Of a stretch of DNA of 64,000 bases, positions 29,753-40,790 are shown in pieces. Origin of the DNA: Bacillota bacterium (GTDB taxonomy: Bacteria > Bacillota > Clostridia > Lachnospirales > Lachnospiraceae). Every line of letters starts with the position of its first letter. The stretch's first letter is position 1. The stretch covers positions 147,630 to 211,629 of the forward strand of contig JAEZZO010000072.1 of NCBI GenBank assembly GCA_023418475.1, given 5' to 3'. Position numbers and translations under genes: made by a program. The notes beneath the pieces were generated by a model. It was not told the origin of the DNA. It saw only the letters and a program-made list of their open reading frames with translations, and ran no database searches.

Positions 29753-30928
29753 ATGAAACGTATCTTTATTGTAGTACTAGACAGTGTTGGAATCGGCGAA
29801 CTTCCGGATGCAGAGCTTTATGGAGATAGTGGCAGTAATACCTTATATGCAGCATCAACAAGCACGTATTTTAACATGCCAAACATGAAAAAGCTGGGAT
29901 TGTTTCAAATTGACGGTTTAAAAGATAAATTTCTGCAAAGCAGTGAGCGGATCTTGTTTGAAGGTGCTGTGATGAGACTGGCAGAGCGTTCGAAAGGTAA
30001 GGATACCACTACCGGACATTGGGAAATTGCAGGTGTTCTTTCAGAAAAACCGTTCCCAACATATCCCAAGGGCTTTCCGTATGATGTCATTAAGGCATTT
30101 GAAGAGAAAACCGGACGCAGGGTGATATGCAACCTTCCGTATTCCGGTACCGAGGTAATTAAGGACTATGGCAAGGAGCATGTTGAAACCGGTGCTTTGA
30201 TTGTATATACCTCGGCAGACAGCGTGTTCCAGATAGCCGCTCATGAAGATGTTATACCGCTTGACGAGCTATACCACTACTGTGAGATTGCCAGAAAGCT
30301 GTTGATAGGAGAACATGGAGTAGGGCGTGTGATCGCAAGACCCTTTACCGGAACCGATCCGAATTATAATCGGACTTCAAACCGCCATGACTTTTCCTTA
30401 GAACCGCCCCTTACCATGTTAGACCAGTTGAAGGAAGAAGGATTAGAGGTACTGGGGATTGGTAAAATTAATGATATCTTTGCCGGCAAGGGAATTACAG
30501 ATACGGTAAGAACACATAACAATGCAGAGGGAATAGAAAAACTGATTGAATGGGAAGAAAGAGAGTTTGAAGGACTTTGCTTTGTCAATTTAGTTGATTT
30601 TGATATGCTATATGGACACCGCAATGATGTTGACGGATATGCCAGGGCATTGACATATTTTGATGAGCAGCTTCCCAGAGTACTTGCTAAACTTCAGGAG
30701 GAGGATATTCTTATTATTACAGCGGATCATGGCTGTGATCCGCTTACACCTTCCACGGATCATTCCAGGGAATATATTCCCTTTGTAGCTTATGGAGAAC
30801 CTGTGAAAAAGGGTATTAATCTCGGAACCAGGCAGTCCTTTGCAGATATTGCCGCAACAGTTCTGGATTATTTTAAGATTAATCAGCAGGTATCAGGAAC
30901 ATCATTTTTAAAGGAGCTGTTAAAATAA
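29753..30928 (+). CDS. deoB: Phosphopentomutase
   Basis: [40 protein letters not shown] and TADHGCDP. Confidence 0.96.
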   Translation: MKRIFIVVLDSVGIGELPDAELYGDSGSNTLYAASTSTYFNMPNMKKLGLFQIDGLKDKFLQSSERILFEGAVMRLAERSKGKDTTTGHWEIAGVLSEKPFPTYPKGFPYDVIKAFEEKTGRRVICNLPYSGTEVIKDYGKEHVETGALIVYTSADSVFQIAAHEDVIPLDELYHYCEIARKLLIGEHGVGRVIARPFTGTDPNYNRTSNRHDFSLEPPLTMLDQLKEEGLEVLGIGKINDIFAGKGITDTVRTHNNAEGIEKLIEWEEREFEGLCFVNLVDFDMLYGHRNDVDGYARALTYFDEQLPRVLAKLQEEDILIITADHGCDPLTPSTDHSREYIPFVAYGEPVKKGINLGTRQSFADIAATVLDYFKINQQVSGTSFLKELLK

Positions 30929-30967
30929 TATTTGACCGATAGTCCGGTGAAAGGAGAAACCTGCAGC

Positions 30968-31456
30968 ATGGAAAGAATTGTACATCCGATACCGCCGTTA
31001 TATCAGGAGGATTCTAAAATATTGATTTTGGGTTCCTTTCCTTCGGTAAAATCCAGAGAAGGTGAGTTTTTTTACCATCATCCGCAAAATCGTTTCTGGA
31101 AAGTAATCAGTGCTGTTTTCGAAGAACCGCTGCCCGTAACAATTGAAGAGAAAAGGTCTATGCTTATTAAGAATGGCATAGCTTTATGGGATGTTATACA
31201 AAGCTGTGAGATAGCCGGTTCCTCTGACAGTAGTATCAGAAATGTAGTTGCAAATGATCTCTCGGTCATTTTAGATAATACCAGTATCCAGAAGATATAT
31301 ACAAACGGTAACACCGCCTATACACTTTACCGTAAATATATTCTTCCTAAGACAGGAATAGAAAGTATTAAACTTTTATCCACCAGTCCGGCAAATGCCG
31401 GCAGCAATTTGGAGGTGTTGATAAAAGAATGGTCCTGTCTGCAAGAACTTAGATAA
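30968..31456 (+). CDS. DNA-deoxyinosine (hypoxanthine) glycosylase, UDG superfamily
   Basis: LILGSFPS, YHHPQNRFW, LWDVI and STSPAN. Confidence 0.88.
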   Translation: MERIVHPIPPLYQEDSKILILGSFPSVKSREGEFFYHHPQNRFWKVISAVFEEPLPVTIEEKRSMLIKNGIALWDVIQSCEIAGSSDSSIRNVVANDLSVILDNTSIQKIYTNGNTAYTLYRKYILPKTGIESIKLLSTSPANAGSNLEVLIKEWSCLQELR

Positions 31457-31492
31457 AAATTTCAAAAGCTTATGCTTTACCGGGAGGTTGGT

Positions 31493-31939
31493 ATGAAAGT
31501 TGTAATTCAAAGGGTTTTGGAAGCGGAAGTTACTGTGGAAGGAGAGTGCATCGGATCCATTGGGAGAGGCTTCTTAATCCTTCTTGGTATTGGCAAATCG
31601 GATAGCAAGGAAGTTGTGGATCGTTATATTGATAAAATAATCAAAATGCGGATATTTGCGGATGAAAATGGTAAAACCAATTTATCCTTACAGGATATTC
31701 AGGGAGAAGTACTTGTGGTATCCCAGTTCACCCTGTATGCTGACTGCAGGAGGGGCAACCGTCCCGACTTTATGAATGCTGCAGGAGCGGTACAGGCGAA
31801 GGAATTATATGAATATTTCCTTACCTGTGTCAAGGAAAGACTGGGGAAGGTGCAATGCGGAGAATTTGGTGCGCATATGAAGGTTTCTTTGATAAATGAC
31901 GGACCTTTTACAATAGTATTAGAGGAAGAATTGCTTTAG
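31493..31939 (+). CDS. dtd: D-aminoacyl-tRNA deacylase
   Basis: VIQRV, SQFTL, GNRP, FGAHM and NDGPFT. Confidence 0.96.
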   Translation: MKVVIQRVLEAEVTVEGECIGSIGRGFLILLGIGKSDSKEVVDRYIDKIIKMRIFADENGKTNLSLQDIQGEVLVVSQFTLYADCRRGNRPDFMNAAGAVQAKELYEYFLTCVKERLGKVQCGEFGAHMKVSLINDGPFTIVLEEELL

Positions 31940-31969
31940 GATTAAACTTAATAGAGAGGCCATAATACT

Positions 31970-32020
31970 GGCTGCTATAAATTCATCAGTTTATGATTTT
32001 TATAGCAGCTTATTTTATTT
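31970..32020 (+). terminator. Intrinsic terminator after dtd
   Basis: GGCTGCTATAAA...TTTATAGCAGCT followed by a T-rich tract. Confidence 0.7.
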
Positions 32021-32112
32021 CATAGAAGATAGGATTCGTCCTATGTAATAAAATCCTCCGGGAGGATACGAGGTTATACGTGCGGAACAAACGTAGTGAA
32101 TTATAGATTTAT
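32013..32112. repeat. Dispersed repeat family B copy
   Basis: ATAAAATCCTCCGGGAGGATACG...GCGGAACAAA...AGATTTAT aligns with 11739-11805. Confidence 0.7.
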
Positions 32113-32275
32113 ACAATTCACAACCTGCTTTCGAAATTATAAAAAATAGACTTCACTTCTTTTTTTTGCTTATTTCAGATAATTCACAATGATTTGACAT
32201 GGATTTCAGGAAAATACGAGGGAAAAAATGATGAATTTTGATTACACTGAATAAAAAGAGGAAAATTGATGGAGG

Positions 32276-34270
32276 ATGTCTATGAAGAGCATCAAGACAA
32301 AAATGACAGTATCATTATCTATTCTTATATGTGCCATAACTATGGCAATCGGGGGAATATCTTTAAAAAGCGGCTATGACGCTTTAAAAGAGGAGGCATG
32401 TAACTCCTTAAAATTATTAGCTGCTGATGGAGCAAAACTAACTGAGAGCAGAATAGAGACGCTGTTTACTTCACTTTTGATGATAGCGCAAAAGCAGGAA
32501 ATTAAAAATATGGGTTGGAAGATCAATTTAGAAACCTTAAAAGAGGAGTTAAGTAAAACCTCTTTTGTTGATATAGGAATTATACTGCCGAATGGCTATG
32601 CGAATTATACGGATGGAACAGTCAGGCTGATGCGTGATAAAAGCTATGTAAGGGATGCCTTATCCGGAAAGACAGCAATGTCGGATGTTATAATTAGCAG
32701 AGTATCCAGAAAACCGGAGATAGAGCTGTGTGTTCCGATCCGGAAGAATGATAAGATAATTGGTGCTATGATTGCTCGCAAAGAAGCAGATACTCTGGGG
32801 AATATCATTCAGGACGGCGGATACGGGAAAGATGGATATGCGTTTATGATAAATGGGGAAGGAAGGCTAATTGCTTATCCTGACGTTGAGAAAGTAATTA
32901 AAATGTTTAACCCGATTAAGGAAATGAAAAAAAATACTACACTCACTTCACTTGCAGATGCCTTTAAAAGCATGCTGGATCAAAAAACGGGGATGATTGA
33001 CTTTACACAGAGTGGGAAAAAGTATTATGCAGGTTTTGCCCAAATTAAGGGAACAGATTGGATTTATGCCATAACAGCGGATCAAAAGGAAGTTTTTTCT
33101 GTTATTCCGGAAATGACACGTACCATTGCTATCGTAATGCTGGTTGTATTATTTCTGGGTATGGGACTCGTGATTATAATGGAACAGGCATTTATTAAAC
33201 CATTGATGAGGATTGCGAAGCTTTCGAAGCAGATTGGTAATTTCGATCTGACAGTAAGTGTACCGGAGCAATATTTAAAGAAAAAGGATGAAATTGGAAT
33301 ATTATCCGGAGCTTTTCATACGCTCACACGGAATTTAAGAGAAATCATCAAACAGATCAACTCCATGGCCAATCAGGTCACAGCCTCTGCGCAGGAACTT
33401 ACTGCAGCGTCCGCGCAATCAGCGCAGATTACGGGAGAAATCTCTCAGACAGTAGGAAATATTGCGCAAGGTGCCACGCAGCAAGCTGAAAATACGGAAA
33501 AAGGTTCAGAGAGTATAGTTTTGTTAAATAAAAAGATTGAGAAAAACCATGATCATTTGATTAATCTGAATGATACCACAGAGCAGGTTAATCTGCTGGT
33601 AAACAGGGGTCTTGAGGAGATTGGTCATTTATCGGAGGCGGCGAGGAATAATCAAATTGCGATAGAGGAGATAAGTGATATTATTTTCCAGACGAAACAA
33701 AGCTCAAAACAGATCAGTGAAGCAAGCAAAATGATTTCTGAAATGGCAAGACAGACAAATCTTCTGGCATTAAATGCTACGATAGAAGCTGCAAGAGCAG
33801 GAGAAGCCGGAAGAGGCTTTGCAGTAGTGGCAGAGGAAATTCAGAAAATGGCTGACCAGTCCTCCGCGTCTACCCGATCAATTGATAATATTATAAAAAC
33901 ACTTCAAAATAATGTGGTACATACTTCAGAAAGTATGGAAAAAATAACCAAAACAGCTAGAGATCAACAAGATACAATATCCGATACTATACAGAGATAC
34001 CTATCCATTTCAGATGCAATGAAGACTTCCAAGGATGCGGTAGCAGAGCTTAATTCTTCTGAAGCGGACATGAAGAATGTTAAAAATGAAATCATTAGGA
34101 TGCTTGCGTCACTTTCCTTCATTGCTGAGCAAAATGCGGCAGGAACGCAGCAGGCAGCAGTCTTTATTGAGGAACAGACTGATTCAGCAGGAGCATTGAC
34201 GGAAACCAGTTACCAGTTATCCAAATTAGCGGAAAGCTTACAATCAATTATTGAAAAATTTCATATTTAA
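32276..34270 (+). CDS. Methyl-accepting chemotaxis protein (dCache sensor, HAMP, signalling domain)
   Basis: Two TM helices, KDEIG HAMP motif and [29 protein letters not shown]. Confidence 0.95.
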   Translation: MSMKSIKTKMTVSLSILICAITMAIGGISLKSGYDALKEEACNSLKLLAADGAKLTESRIETLFTSLLMIAQKQEIKNMGWKINLETLKEELSKTSFVDIGIILPNGYANYTDGTVRLMRDKSYVRDALSGKTAMSDVIISRVSRKPEIELCVPIRKNDKIIGAMIARKEADTLGNIIQDGGYGKDGYAFMINGEGRLIAYPDVEKVIKMFNPIKEMKKNTTLTSLADAFKSMLDQKTGMIDFTQSGKKYYAGFAQIKGTDWIYAITADQKEVFSVIPEMTRTIAIVMLVVLFLGMGLVIIMEQAFIKPLMRIAKLSKQIGNFDLTVSVPEQYLKKKDEIGILSGAFHTLTRNLREIIKQINSMANQVTASAQELTAASAQSAQITGEISQTVGNIAQGATQQAENTEKGSESIVLLNKKIEKNHDHLINLNDTTEQVNLLVNRGLEEIGHLSEAARNNQIAIEEISDIIFQTKQSSKQISEASKMISEMARQTNLLALNATIEAARAGEAGRGFAVVAEEIQKMADQSSASTRSIDNIIKTLQNNVVHTSESMEKITKTARDQQDTISDTIQRYLSISDAMKTSKDAVAELNSSEADMKNVKNEIIRMLASLSFIAEQNAAGTQQAAVFIEEQTDSAGALTETSYQLSKLAESLQSIIEKFHI

Positions 34271-34286
34271 GAATATAGCCTAAGAA

Positions 34287-34373
34287 GATTCAATTGACAA
34301 AAGCCTGATCCAGGTTATGTAGATGCACTATATTCATCAGGCAAATCATTTTTAGGCTCTTGACATTTAAATC
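34287..34373. repeat. Dispersed palindromic repeat family A, copy 3 (internally deleted)
   Basis: GATTCAATTGACAAAAGCCTGATCCAGGTTATGTAGATG...TATTCATC...ATCATTTTTAGGCTCTTGACATT. Confidence 0.8.
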
Positions 34374-34463
34374 CTAAGAAATTAAACCGAATAAAATGAA
34401 AATCTCATTTTTTTCAATCTGTAGAATATATTTATTATCAGAAAAGATAGAATGAGGTATAGG

Positions 34464-36161
34464 ATGCAATCTGAGGAAAACCCAATAACCAGTCAAAGCT
34501 TTGCGGACATTATCGTAGAATACCAGGGAGATAGATCTTTGCTTAACTCCTTTGGAAATGTACCTGTTACCATTATTAATGAGGTGGTTGCTTTAGTTAA
34601 TATACCACTGCAGCAAATGGATAACAGCATTACATCATATGCCTATGCCCGGATTCCATCCATTGGAGGACTGGTAAGCGATAATAGTCTGGAAGCATCC
34701 GGTATCATAAAAATCCGAAACGTTCCAAACTTCAATCTAAGGGGGCAGGGTGTCTTAATAGCGGTCATAGATACCGGAATTGAATATACAAATCCTATCT
34801 TTCAAAATGCGGATAAAACGACCAGAATTGTTTCGATCTGGGATCAGACAATAGAAGGCAGTTTACCGCAGGAAGGTATAAAATATGGTACAGTATATAC
34901 CAAAGAGCAGATAAATACAGCATTACAAAGTGACAAACCTTATCAAGTGGTTCCAAGCAAAGATGATAATGGTCATGGAACAATGGTTGCAGGTATTGCA
35001 GGAGGATCTGAATCACTGGCCAATAATTTTGCTGGTGTTGCACCGGATGCTGAATTTGTTATTGTAAAATTGAAACAGGCGAAGAATTATCTCAGAAATT
35101 ATTACTTTGTACCGGAAAATGTATTCTGTATTCAAGAGACGGATTTTTTGTTTGCACTTGAATATGTGCTTGGTGCAGCAAGTAAATCGCATAGACCTCT
35201 TGTGATCTGTGTATCGAATAATGGTTCCCAGGGAGCACATGACGGAAGAAGTGTAGCTGGCAGATACCTATCAGGTGTTGCAAGCAGGCAGGGGATAGGA
35301 ATTGTAATCGCAGGCGGGAATGAAGGTAATGCAAGAAGACATTATTATGGAACGGTTGATCCTTCAACAGGGTATGATATTGTTGAACTAAATGTTGGTG
35401 AGAATGAAATGGGCTTTCCTATGGAAATATGGGGACAGTCACCAAGTATTCTTACCATTGATATATTATCACCATCCGGAGAATACATACCAAGAATTAT
35501 AGCTTCCAGAAATGAAAGCAGGCAAATCAGTTTTATTTTCGAAGATACCATAATTGATGTGATATATACATTGGTTGAGACAGAAAGCGGTGATCAACTA
35601 ATTCTTCTACGCTTTTCAAAGCCCGCACCCGGAATATGGAAATTTCATGTATATGAAAGAGGAGATTTGCAGGTAGGCTTTCATATTTGGCTGCCCATGG
35701 ATGGTTTTATATCAGATAATACTTTTTTTATCCGTTCCGATCCCTATACCACAATTCTTGCAGTGGGAAACACTAGAAATCCTGTAACAGTAACCGCTTA
35801 TAATAATGAAGATGGCAGCCTTTACCTTAATTCAAGTCGAGGATATACCCGTTTAAACGAAATAAAACCCAATATTGCAGCACCGGGAGTAAATATAACC
35901 GGACCTGCCCTAGACCAAAGCTTTGTTCCTTATACCGGGACCAGTGTAGCAGCAGCTCATACCACAGGGGTGGTGGCAATGTTATTGGAATGGGGTATCG
36001 TAAATGGGAATTTACCGGGAATGAGTACCGTTGAAATAAATAAATTGTTGATGAGGGGCGCTAAAAGAGAGACAGATTTGCTATATCCAAATCGTGACTG
36101 GGGATATGGGAAATTGGATGTATTCAATGTGTTTGACAGTCTTAGGGGAGAAACTGTATAA
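34464..36161 (+). CDS. Csp-type S8 subtilase (germination protease family), catalytic triad intact
   Basis: IDTG (Asp), HGT (His) and GTSVAA (Ser); jelly-roll insertion; C-terminal YPNRDWGYG. Confidence 0.88.
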   Translation: MQSEENPITSQSFADIIVEYQGDRSLLNSFGNVPVTIINEVVALVNIPLQQMDNSITSYAYARIPSIGGLVSDNSLEASGIIKIRNVPNFNLRGQGVLIAVIDTGIEYTNPIFQNADKTTRIVSIWDQTIEGSLPQEGIKYGTVYTKEQINTALQSDKPYQVVPSKDDNGHGTMVAGIAGGSESLANNFAGVAPDAEFVIVKLKQAKNYLRNYYFVPENVFCIQETDFLFALEYVLGAASKSHRPLVICVSNNGSQGAHDGRSVAGRYLSGVASRQGIGIVIAGGNEGNARRHYYGTVDPSTGYDIVELNVGENEMGFPMEIWGQSPSILTIDILSPSGEYIPRIIASRNESRQISFIFEDTIIDVIYTLVETESGDQLILLRFSKPAPGIWKFHVYERGDLQVGFHIWLPMDGFISDNTFFIRSDPYTTILAVGNTRNPVTVTAYNNEDGSLYLNSSRGYTRLNEIKPNIAAPGVNITGPALDQSFVPYTGTSVAAAHTTGVVAMLLEWGIVNGNLPGMSTVEINKLLMRGAKRETDLLYPNRDWGYGKLDVFNVFDSLRGETV

Positions 36162-36257
36162 ACAATCCTTATAAAATCATTCACAAGATCACGCCTGACG
36201 ATTTTTCATCAAGTTTTTCGTTCTTATATACTACCTGACAGCAGGATGGAGGTTAAT

Positions 36258-37967
36258 ATGACAGGGAATGAAAGAAGCCGGATTACAAGTGAAGATTATG
36301 CTGACTATATTATTGATTATCGTGCAAATCCTAATATTTCCGAACTGTTTCCCGGTGCGGCTGTTTTCTATATAAATACGGTCTATGCTGTGATACATTT
36401 GCCGGTATCGCAGTTTGAAAACAGGCTGCAAACAGGTAATAGACTGGCCAGAATACCTAGTATACTGGGTTTAACCAGTGAAGCTGCACTGGAAGCTTCA
36501 GGTGTAAAAAAACTGCGTAATATTCCGGATTTTAATTTACGTGGTCAGGGAGTTATGATTGGCTTTATTGATACCGGAATCAAATATACTTTACCGGCAT
36601 TTAAAAAAACGGACGGAACGACCAAGATCCACTCAATCTGGGATCAGTCAATTCAAAGTGAAAATGGATATCCGTATCATACCTATTACGGAACGGAATA
36701 TAAGGCAGAGCAGATTAATACGGCTCTCGGAAGTGAAAATCCGCTTACGATTGTGCCAAGTACGGATGAAAATGGACATGGAACGATGCTCGCAGCAATT
36801 GCTGCCGGAACCGAAGATCGTTCTGCCGGCTTTTTTGGTGTTGCACCGGAGGCGGAGCTTGTAATTGTGAAGTTAAAACAGGCAAAGAAATTCCTGAGAA
36901 ATTTTTTTGCCATACCAGAGAATGCGTTATGTTATCAGGAAAATGACATAATGTGGGGCGTTCAGTATTGCCTTGCGGTTGCCAGAGAACTTAATCGACC
37001 AATTGCTATCTGTATCGGAGTCGGTACTTCGCAATCTGCTCATGACGGAACAAATCCGTTGTCGCAACAGCTGACCTTGCTTGCGGATCATCCTCAGGTT
37101 GCTATAGCATCCTCCGCAGGTAATGAAGGTAATTTAGGAAGACATTTCCATTCGATTATTGATCAGACGGTTGGCAGTGTCAATATGGAACTCAATGTAG
37201 GGGAAAAGGATAGTGGGTTTTCAATGCAGATATGGGGAGAAGCTCCGGGCATATACAGTATTGATATATTGTCGCCTTCCGGCGAGTATATCCCGAGAAT
37301 GTCAGCAAGCTTGCAAGGAAGCCGCAAAATCTCTTTTATATTTGAGCAGACCGTGATTTTTCTGGAATATCAGACAGTGGATCCCAGAAATGGGGAAGAA
37401 TTAATCTTGTTAAATTTCCATAAGGCAACAGCCGGAGTGTGGAAAATAACAATTTATGTACAAGGAAATCTGGCAGGAAATGTTCATTCCTGGCTGCCGA
37501 TGGGAGATTTTATTACTAGAGATACTTATTTTATACAACCCGATATTTATACGACGATTTTAGCTCCTTCAAACGCTGTTGTACCCATAACCATTACGGC
37601 ATATAACCCGGTTGGAGGTATCCTATACACGAATGCCAGCAGAGGGTTTTCTCGAACAAATGCGGTAAAGCCGGAGCTTGCCGCACCAGGAGTAAATTAC
37701 ACTGCTCCAAATTTAAGCGGGGGCTATTCTGAATACACAGGAACCGGAGTTGCGACAGCACATACGGCAGGGATTATTGCATTACTTCTTGAATGGGGAG
37801 TGGTAAAGGGAAATCAAACCAGCTTCGATACCGTTGAAATAAAAAAATATTTGATCAGAGGAGCAAAACGAACAGCGAACCTTACCTATCCTAACAGAGA
37901 ATGGGGATATGGAATGATTGATATTTTTAATACCTTTGATGTGTTAAGACAAAATATTCAACAGTAA
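36258..37967 (+). CDS. Csp-type S8 subtilase, probable pseudoprotease (catalytic Ser replaced by Gly)
   Basis: Paralog of the upstream gene; IDTG and HGT are kept but GTS reads GTG (codon GGA at 37746-37748). Confidence 0.85.
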   Translation: MTGNERSRITSEDYADYIIDYRANPNISELFPGAAVFYINTVYAVIHLPVSQFENRLQTGNRLARIPSILGLTSEAALEASGVKKLRNIPDFNLRGQGVMIGFIDTGIKYTLPAFKKTDGTTKIHSIWDQSIQSENGYPYHTYYGTEYKAEQINTALGSENPLTIVPSTDENGHGTMLAAIAAGTEDRSAGFFGVAPEAELVIVKLKQAKKFLRNFFAIPENALCYQENDIMWGVQYCLAVARELNRPIAICIGVGTSQSAHDGTNPLSQQLTLLADHPQVAIASSAGNEGNLGRHFHSIIDQTVGSVNMELNVGEKDSGFSMQIWGEAPGIYSIDILSPSGEYIPRMSASLQGSRKISFIFEQTVIFLEYQTVDPRNGEELILLNFHKATAGVWKITIYVQGNLAGNVHSWLPMGDFITRDTYFIQPDIYTTILAPSNAVVPITITAYNPVGGILYTNASRGFSRTNAVKPELAAPGVNYTAPNLSGGYSEYTGTGVATAHTAGIIALLLEWGVVKGNQTSFDTVEIKKYLIRGAKRTANLTYPNREWGYGMIDIFNTFDVLRQNIQQ

Positions 37968-38151
37968 ATTTACATCTTCTAAAATTCCTTTTCGGAAGTA
38001 TTATTTTCAATAAAAATAAAAATTTATATTTATTGAGAAATTATCTGTAGAATAAATGTATAAACTTTCCCATTTTACAAACAATATTATTAGAAAAATT
38101 TATAACAGATAGCTGATAATCAAACTACGTAAAATGGAGGAAAAATCTAAT

Positions 38152-38700
38152 ATGAAAGCAACAGGTATAGTAAGAAGAATAGATGACCTTGGACGTGTTG
38201 TTGTCCCAAAAGAAATTAGAAGGACATTAAGAATTCGGGAAGGAGATCCCCTGGAAATATTTACGGACAGAGAAGGCGAAATCATATTAAAAAAATATTC
38301 ACCGATAGGTGAATTAGGCCAGTTTGCAAAACAGTATGCTGATTCACTGAACCAGACAACCGGACACATAGTCGCGATTGCTGATAAGGATCAATTTATC
38401 GCTGTAGCTGGACCTACAAAGAAGGATTTGATAACAAAGGGAATTAGCCATGAGCTGGAAGAAGCAATTAATGAACGTGAGGTTATTGTTGCAGCAAAGG
38501 ATGATAAGAACTATATAAAAATTATGAATGAAGACGATACGGAATTTACGTATGAGGTAATTACACCAATCATCAGTGAAGGTGATGCGATAGGTGCAGT
38601 AATCATATTAACGAAAGAAGCGAAGACTAAATTTGGTGAGCTTGAAATAAAACTTGCAAGCACGGCTGCTGCGTTTTTAGGAAGGCAGATGGAGCAATAA
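38152..38700 (+). CDS. spoVT: Stage V sporulation protein T
   Basis: MKATGIVRRIDDLGRVVVPKEIRRTLRIREGDPLEIF and C-terminal FLGRQME. Confidence 0.98.
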   Translation: MKATGIVRRIDDLGRVVVPKEIRRTLRIREGDPLEIFTDREGEIILKKYSPIGELGQFAKQYADSLNQTTGHIVAIADKDQFIAVAGPTKKDLITKGISHELEEAINEREVIVAAKDDKNYIKIMNEDDTEFTYEVITPIISEGDAIGAVIILTKEAKTKFGELEIKLASTAAAFLGRQMEQ

Positions 38701-38713
38701 GGATATGTAAAAT

Positions 38714-38768
38714 GCACTCCGCTATGCGATAATTTACTTGATCGTAATGGGGGAGTGCTTTTATTATT
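38714..38768 (+). terminator. Intrinsic terminator after spoVT
   Basis: GCACTCC...GGAGTGC followed by a T tract. Confidence 0.7.
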
Positions 38769-38926
38769 TCTTGTAAATATCTCCTTACTGCTGTTATAAT
38801 TATACAGGATGATTGTGGAATACAAAATAAGTTATCATTGTGTGCACAGAATGTTCCTTGGCAAAAGTAAAGCAGAAGGAACATCTGCAGGTTTGAGATT
38901 ACCAAGGCACCGGTACGGAGGTAGAA

Positions 38927-39715
38927 ATGTCAAAATACAGTTTTGAGGAATTTATGAATATCATACGAAAATTAAGAAGTAAGGAGGGATGCCCCTGGGA
39001 TCGCGAGCAGACACATGAAAGTCTGAAAACCTGTCTTATAGAGGAATGCTATGAGACAATAGAAGCAATTGACAATAAGGATAAAGAGAATTTATGTGAG
39101 GAACTGGGTGACATACTTCTTCAGGTGGCTCTTCACAGTGCAATAGCGGAGGAAGCAAATGAGTTTGGTATAGACGACATTATTACGGCAGAGGCCGAGA
39201 AAATGATCAGACGACATCCGCATGTATTTGGAGATACCATAGTCGAGAACGCAGAGGGTGTTATAAAAAACTGGGAGGAAATTAAGAAAAAAGAAAAGAA
39301 GTCAGCTACCGCTGCAGAGGAAATTCTTGGAGTGCCAAGAGCGTTTCCAGCGACAATCAGAGCGGAGAAGGTACAGAAGAAAGCATCGAAGGCAGGGATG
39401 GATTTTAATGGGTATAAACAGGTGCTGGAAAAGGTGTATGAAGAGCTCAAAGAGCTTGAAAAATCAATAGAAATAGGGGATAAGAGGGAGATTGAAGAGG
39501 AATTTGGAGATGTACTTTTTACAATAGTTAATTTATCTCGGTTTTTACAATTAAATGCAGAAAATTCCTTGACAAATTCAACTAATAAGTTTATAAATAG
39601 ATTTGTAGATCTCTTTGCTCTAGCTGAGAGCAGAGGATACAGACTATATGAACTATCCCCTATAGAGCAAGACGTTTTGTGGAGGGAAGTAAAATCTAAT
39701 CAGATTAAAATATAA
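38927..39715 (+). CDS. mazG: Nucleoside triphosphate pyrophosphohydrolase
   Basis: GCPWDREQT, EELGDILLQ, RRHPHVFG and EEFGD. Confidence 0.94.
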   Translation: MSKYSFEEFMNIIRKLRSKEGCPWDREQTHESLKTCLIEECYETIEAIDNKDKENLCEELGDILLQVALHSAIAEEANEFGIDDIITAEAEKMIRRHPHVFGDTIVENAEGVIKNWEEIKKKEKKSATAAEEILGVPRAFPATIRAEKVQKKASKAGMDFNGYKQVLEKVYEELKELEKSIEIGDKREIEEEFGDVLFTIVNLSRFLQLNAENSLTNSTNKFINRFVDLFALAESRGYRLYELSPIEQDVLWREVKSNQIKI

Positions 39716-39742
39716 CAATTACTTTAGAGGAGGAGCAAATCC

Positions 39743-40018
39743 ATGAACAAAGCAGAATTAGTTGCAGCGATAGCAGAAAAGACCGAATTTTCTAAAAAGG
39801 ATTCAGAAAAAGCATTAAAAGCTTTTATTGATGTAGTTACAGAAGAATTAACAAAGGGTGAGAAGGTTCAGTTGGTAGGTTTTGGTACTTTTGAAGTATC
39901 AGAAAGACCCGCAAGAACCGGTAGAAATCCTTTAACAAAAGAGACTATAACGATTGCTGCTTCTAAAGCACCGAAGTTCAAAGCAGGTAAAGCTTTAAAG
40001 GATGTTATCAACGCATAA
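39743..40018 (+). CDS. hup: DNA-binding protein HU
   Basis: MNKAEL, VQLVGFGTF, GRNP and PKFKAGKALKD. Confidence 0.97.
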   Translation: MNKAELVAAIAEKTEFSKKDSEKALKAFIDVVTEELTKGEKVQLVGFGTFEVSERPARTGRNPLTKETITIAASKAPKFKAGKALKDVINA

Positions 40019-40037
40019 TCAGTTGATTAAAAACAAA

Positions 40038-40096
40038 AAAAGGCTGTTTTAAATTCCGGATCTCATTGGGGTGTAGGGTATTTAAAGCAGCCTTTT
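40038..40096 (+). terminator. Intrinsic terminator after hup
   Basis: AAAAGGCTGTTTTAAA...TTTAAAGCAGCCTTTT. Confidence 0.7.
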
Positions 40097-40130
40097 CTAT
40101 TTGTATTCACACACAGAAAAGAGGTTTGTA

Positions 40131-40370
40131 ATGAGACTGGATAAATATTTAAAAGTATCGCGTTTGATTAAAAGACGCACCGTAGCAAATGATGCCTGTG
40201 ACGCAGGCAGGGTTACAATTAACCAAAAACCGGCAAAAGCTTCGGCGGAGGTTAAGGTTGGAGATATCATAGAAATCGGCTTCGGCAGTAAGGCTGTGAA
40301 GGTAGAGGTACTGGATGTACAGGAAACTACCAGGAAGGATGATGCCAAGGAGCTATATCGATATCTGTGA
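40131..40370 (+). CDS. yabO: S4-domain RNA-binding protein YabO/RqcP
   Basis: MRLDKYLKVSRLIKRRTVA; synteny. Confidence 0.93.
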   Translation: MRLDKYLKVSRLIKRRTVANDACDAGRVTINQKPAKASAEVKVGDIIEIGFGSKAVKVEVLDVQETTRKDDAKELYRYL

Positions 40371-40493
40371 TAGTATTTTTGTAATTCATGATTGGAATGA
40401 AGTAGTAAGTCTTCTCATATACTTAAAAAGATACAACATGTTCTATTTTAGAGCAGTTAATCGAAGGGTATATTATATGAGGAGGCTTTTTCT

Positions 40494-40781
40494 ATGGAAG
40501 AGAAGCAACAGGTTCTAAAAGGGCATAAACTGAATATCAATGCCAGAAAAAATGCTACAATAACAGGAGTGAATGACGTTCTGTCTTTTGATGCTGGAGA
40601 AGTTCTGCTTCAGACAGAGCAGGGCGTATTGATGATACGGGGCAGTGAATTGCATGTGAGTAGACTTACACTGGAAAAAGGGGAAGTGGATATAGATGGA
40701 AGAATTGACAGCTTAACCTATTCAGATACAGTGGGAAATGGTAAGTCGGGAGAGTCCTTGTTTGGCAGGCTTTTTAAATAG
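40494..40781 (+). CDS. yabP: Sporulation protein YabP
   Basis: ITGVNDVLSFD...GVLMIRGSELHV...LFGRLFK; synteny. Confidence 0.93.
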   Translation: MEEKQQVLKGHKLNINARKNATITGVNDVLSFDAGEVLLQTEQGVLMIRGSELHVSRLTLEKGEVDIDGRIDSLTYSDTVGNGKSGESLFGRLFK

Positions 40782-40790
40782 GAGGCCTGT

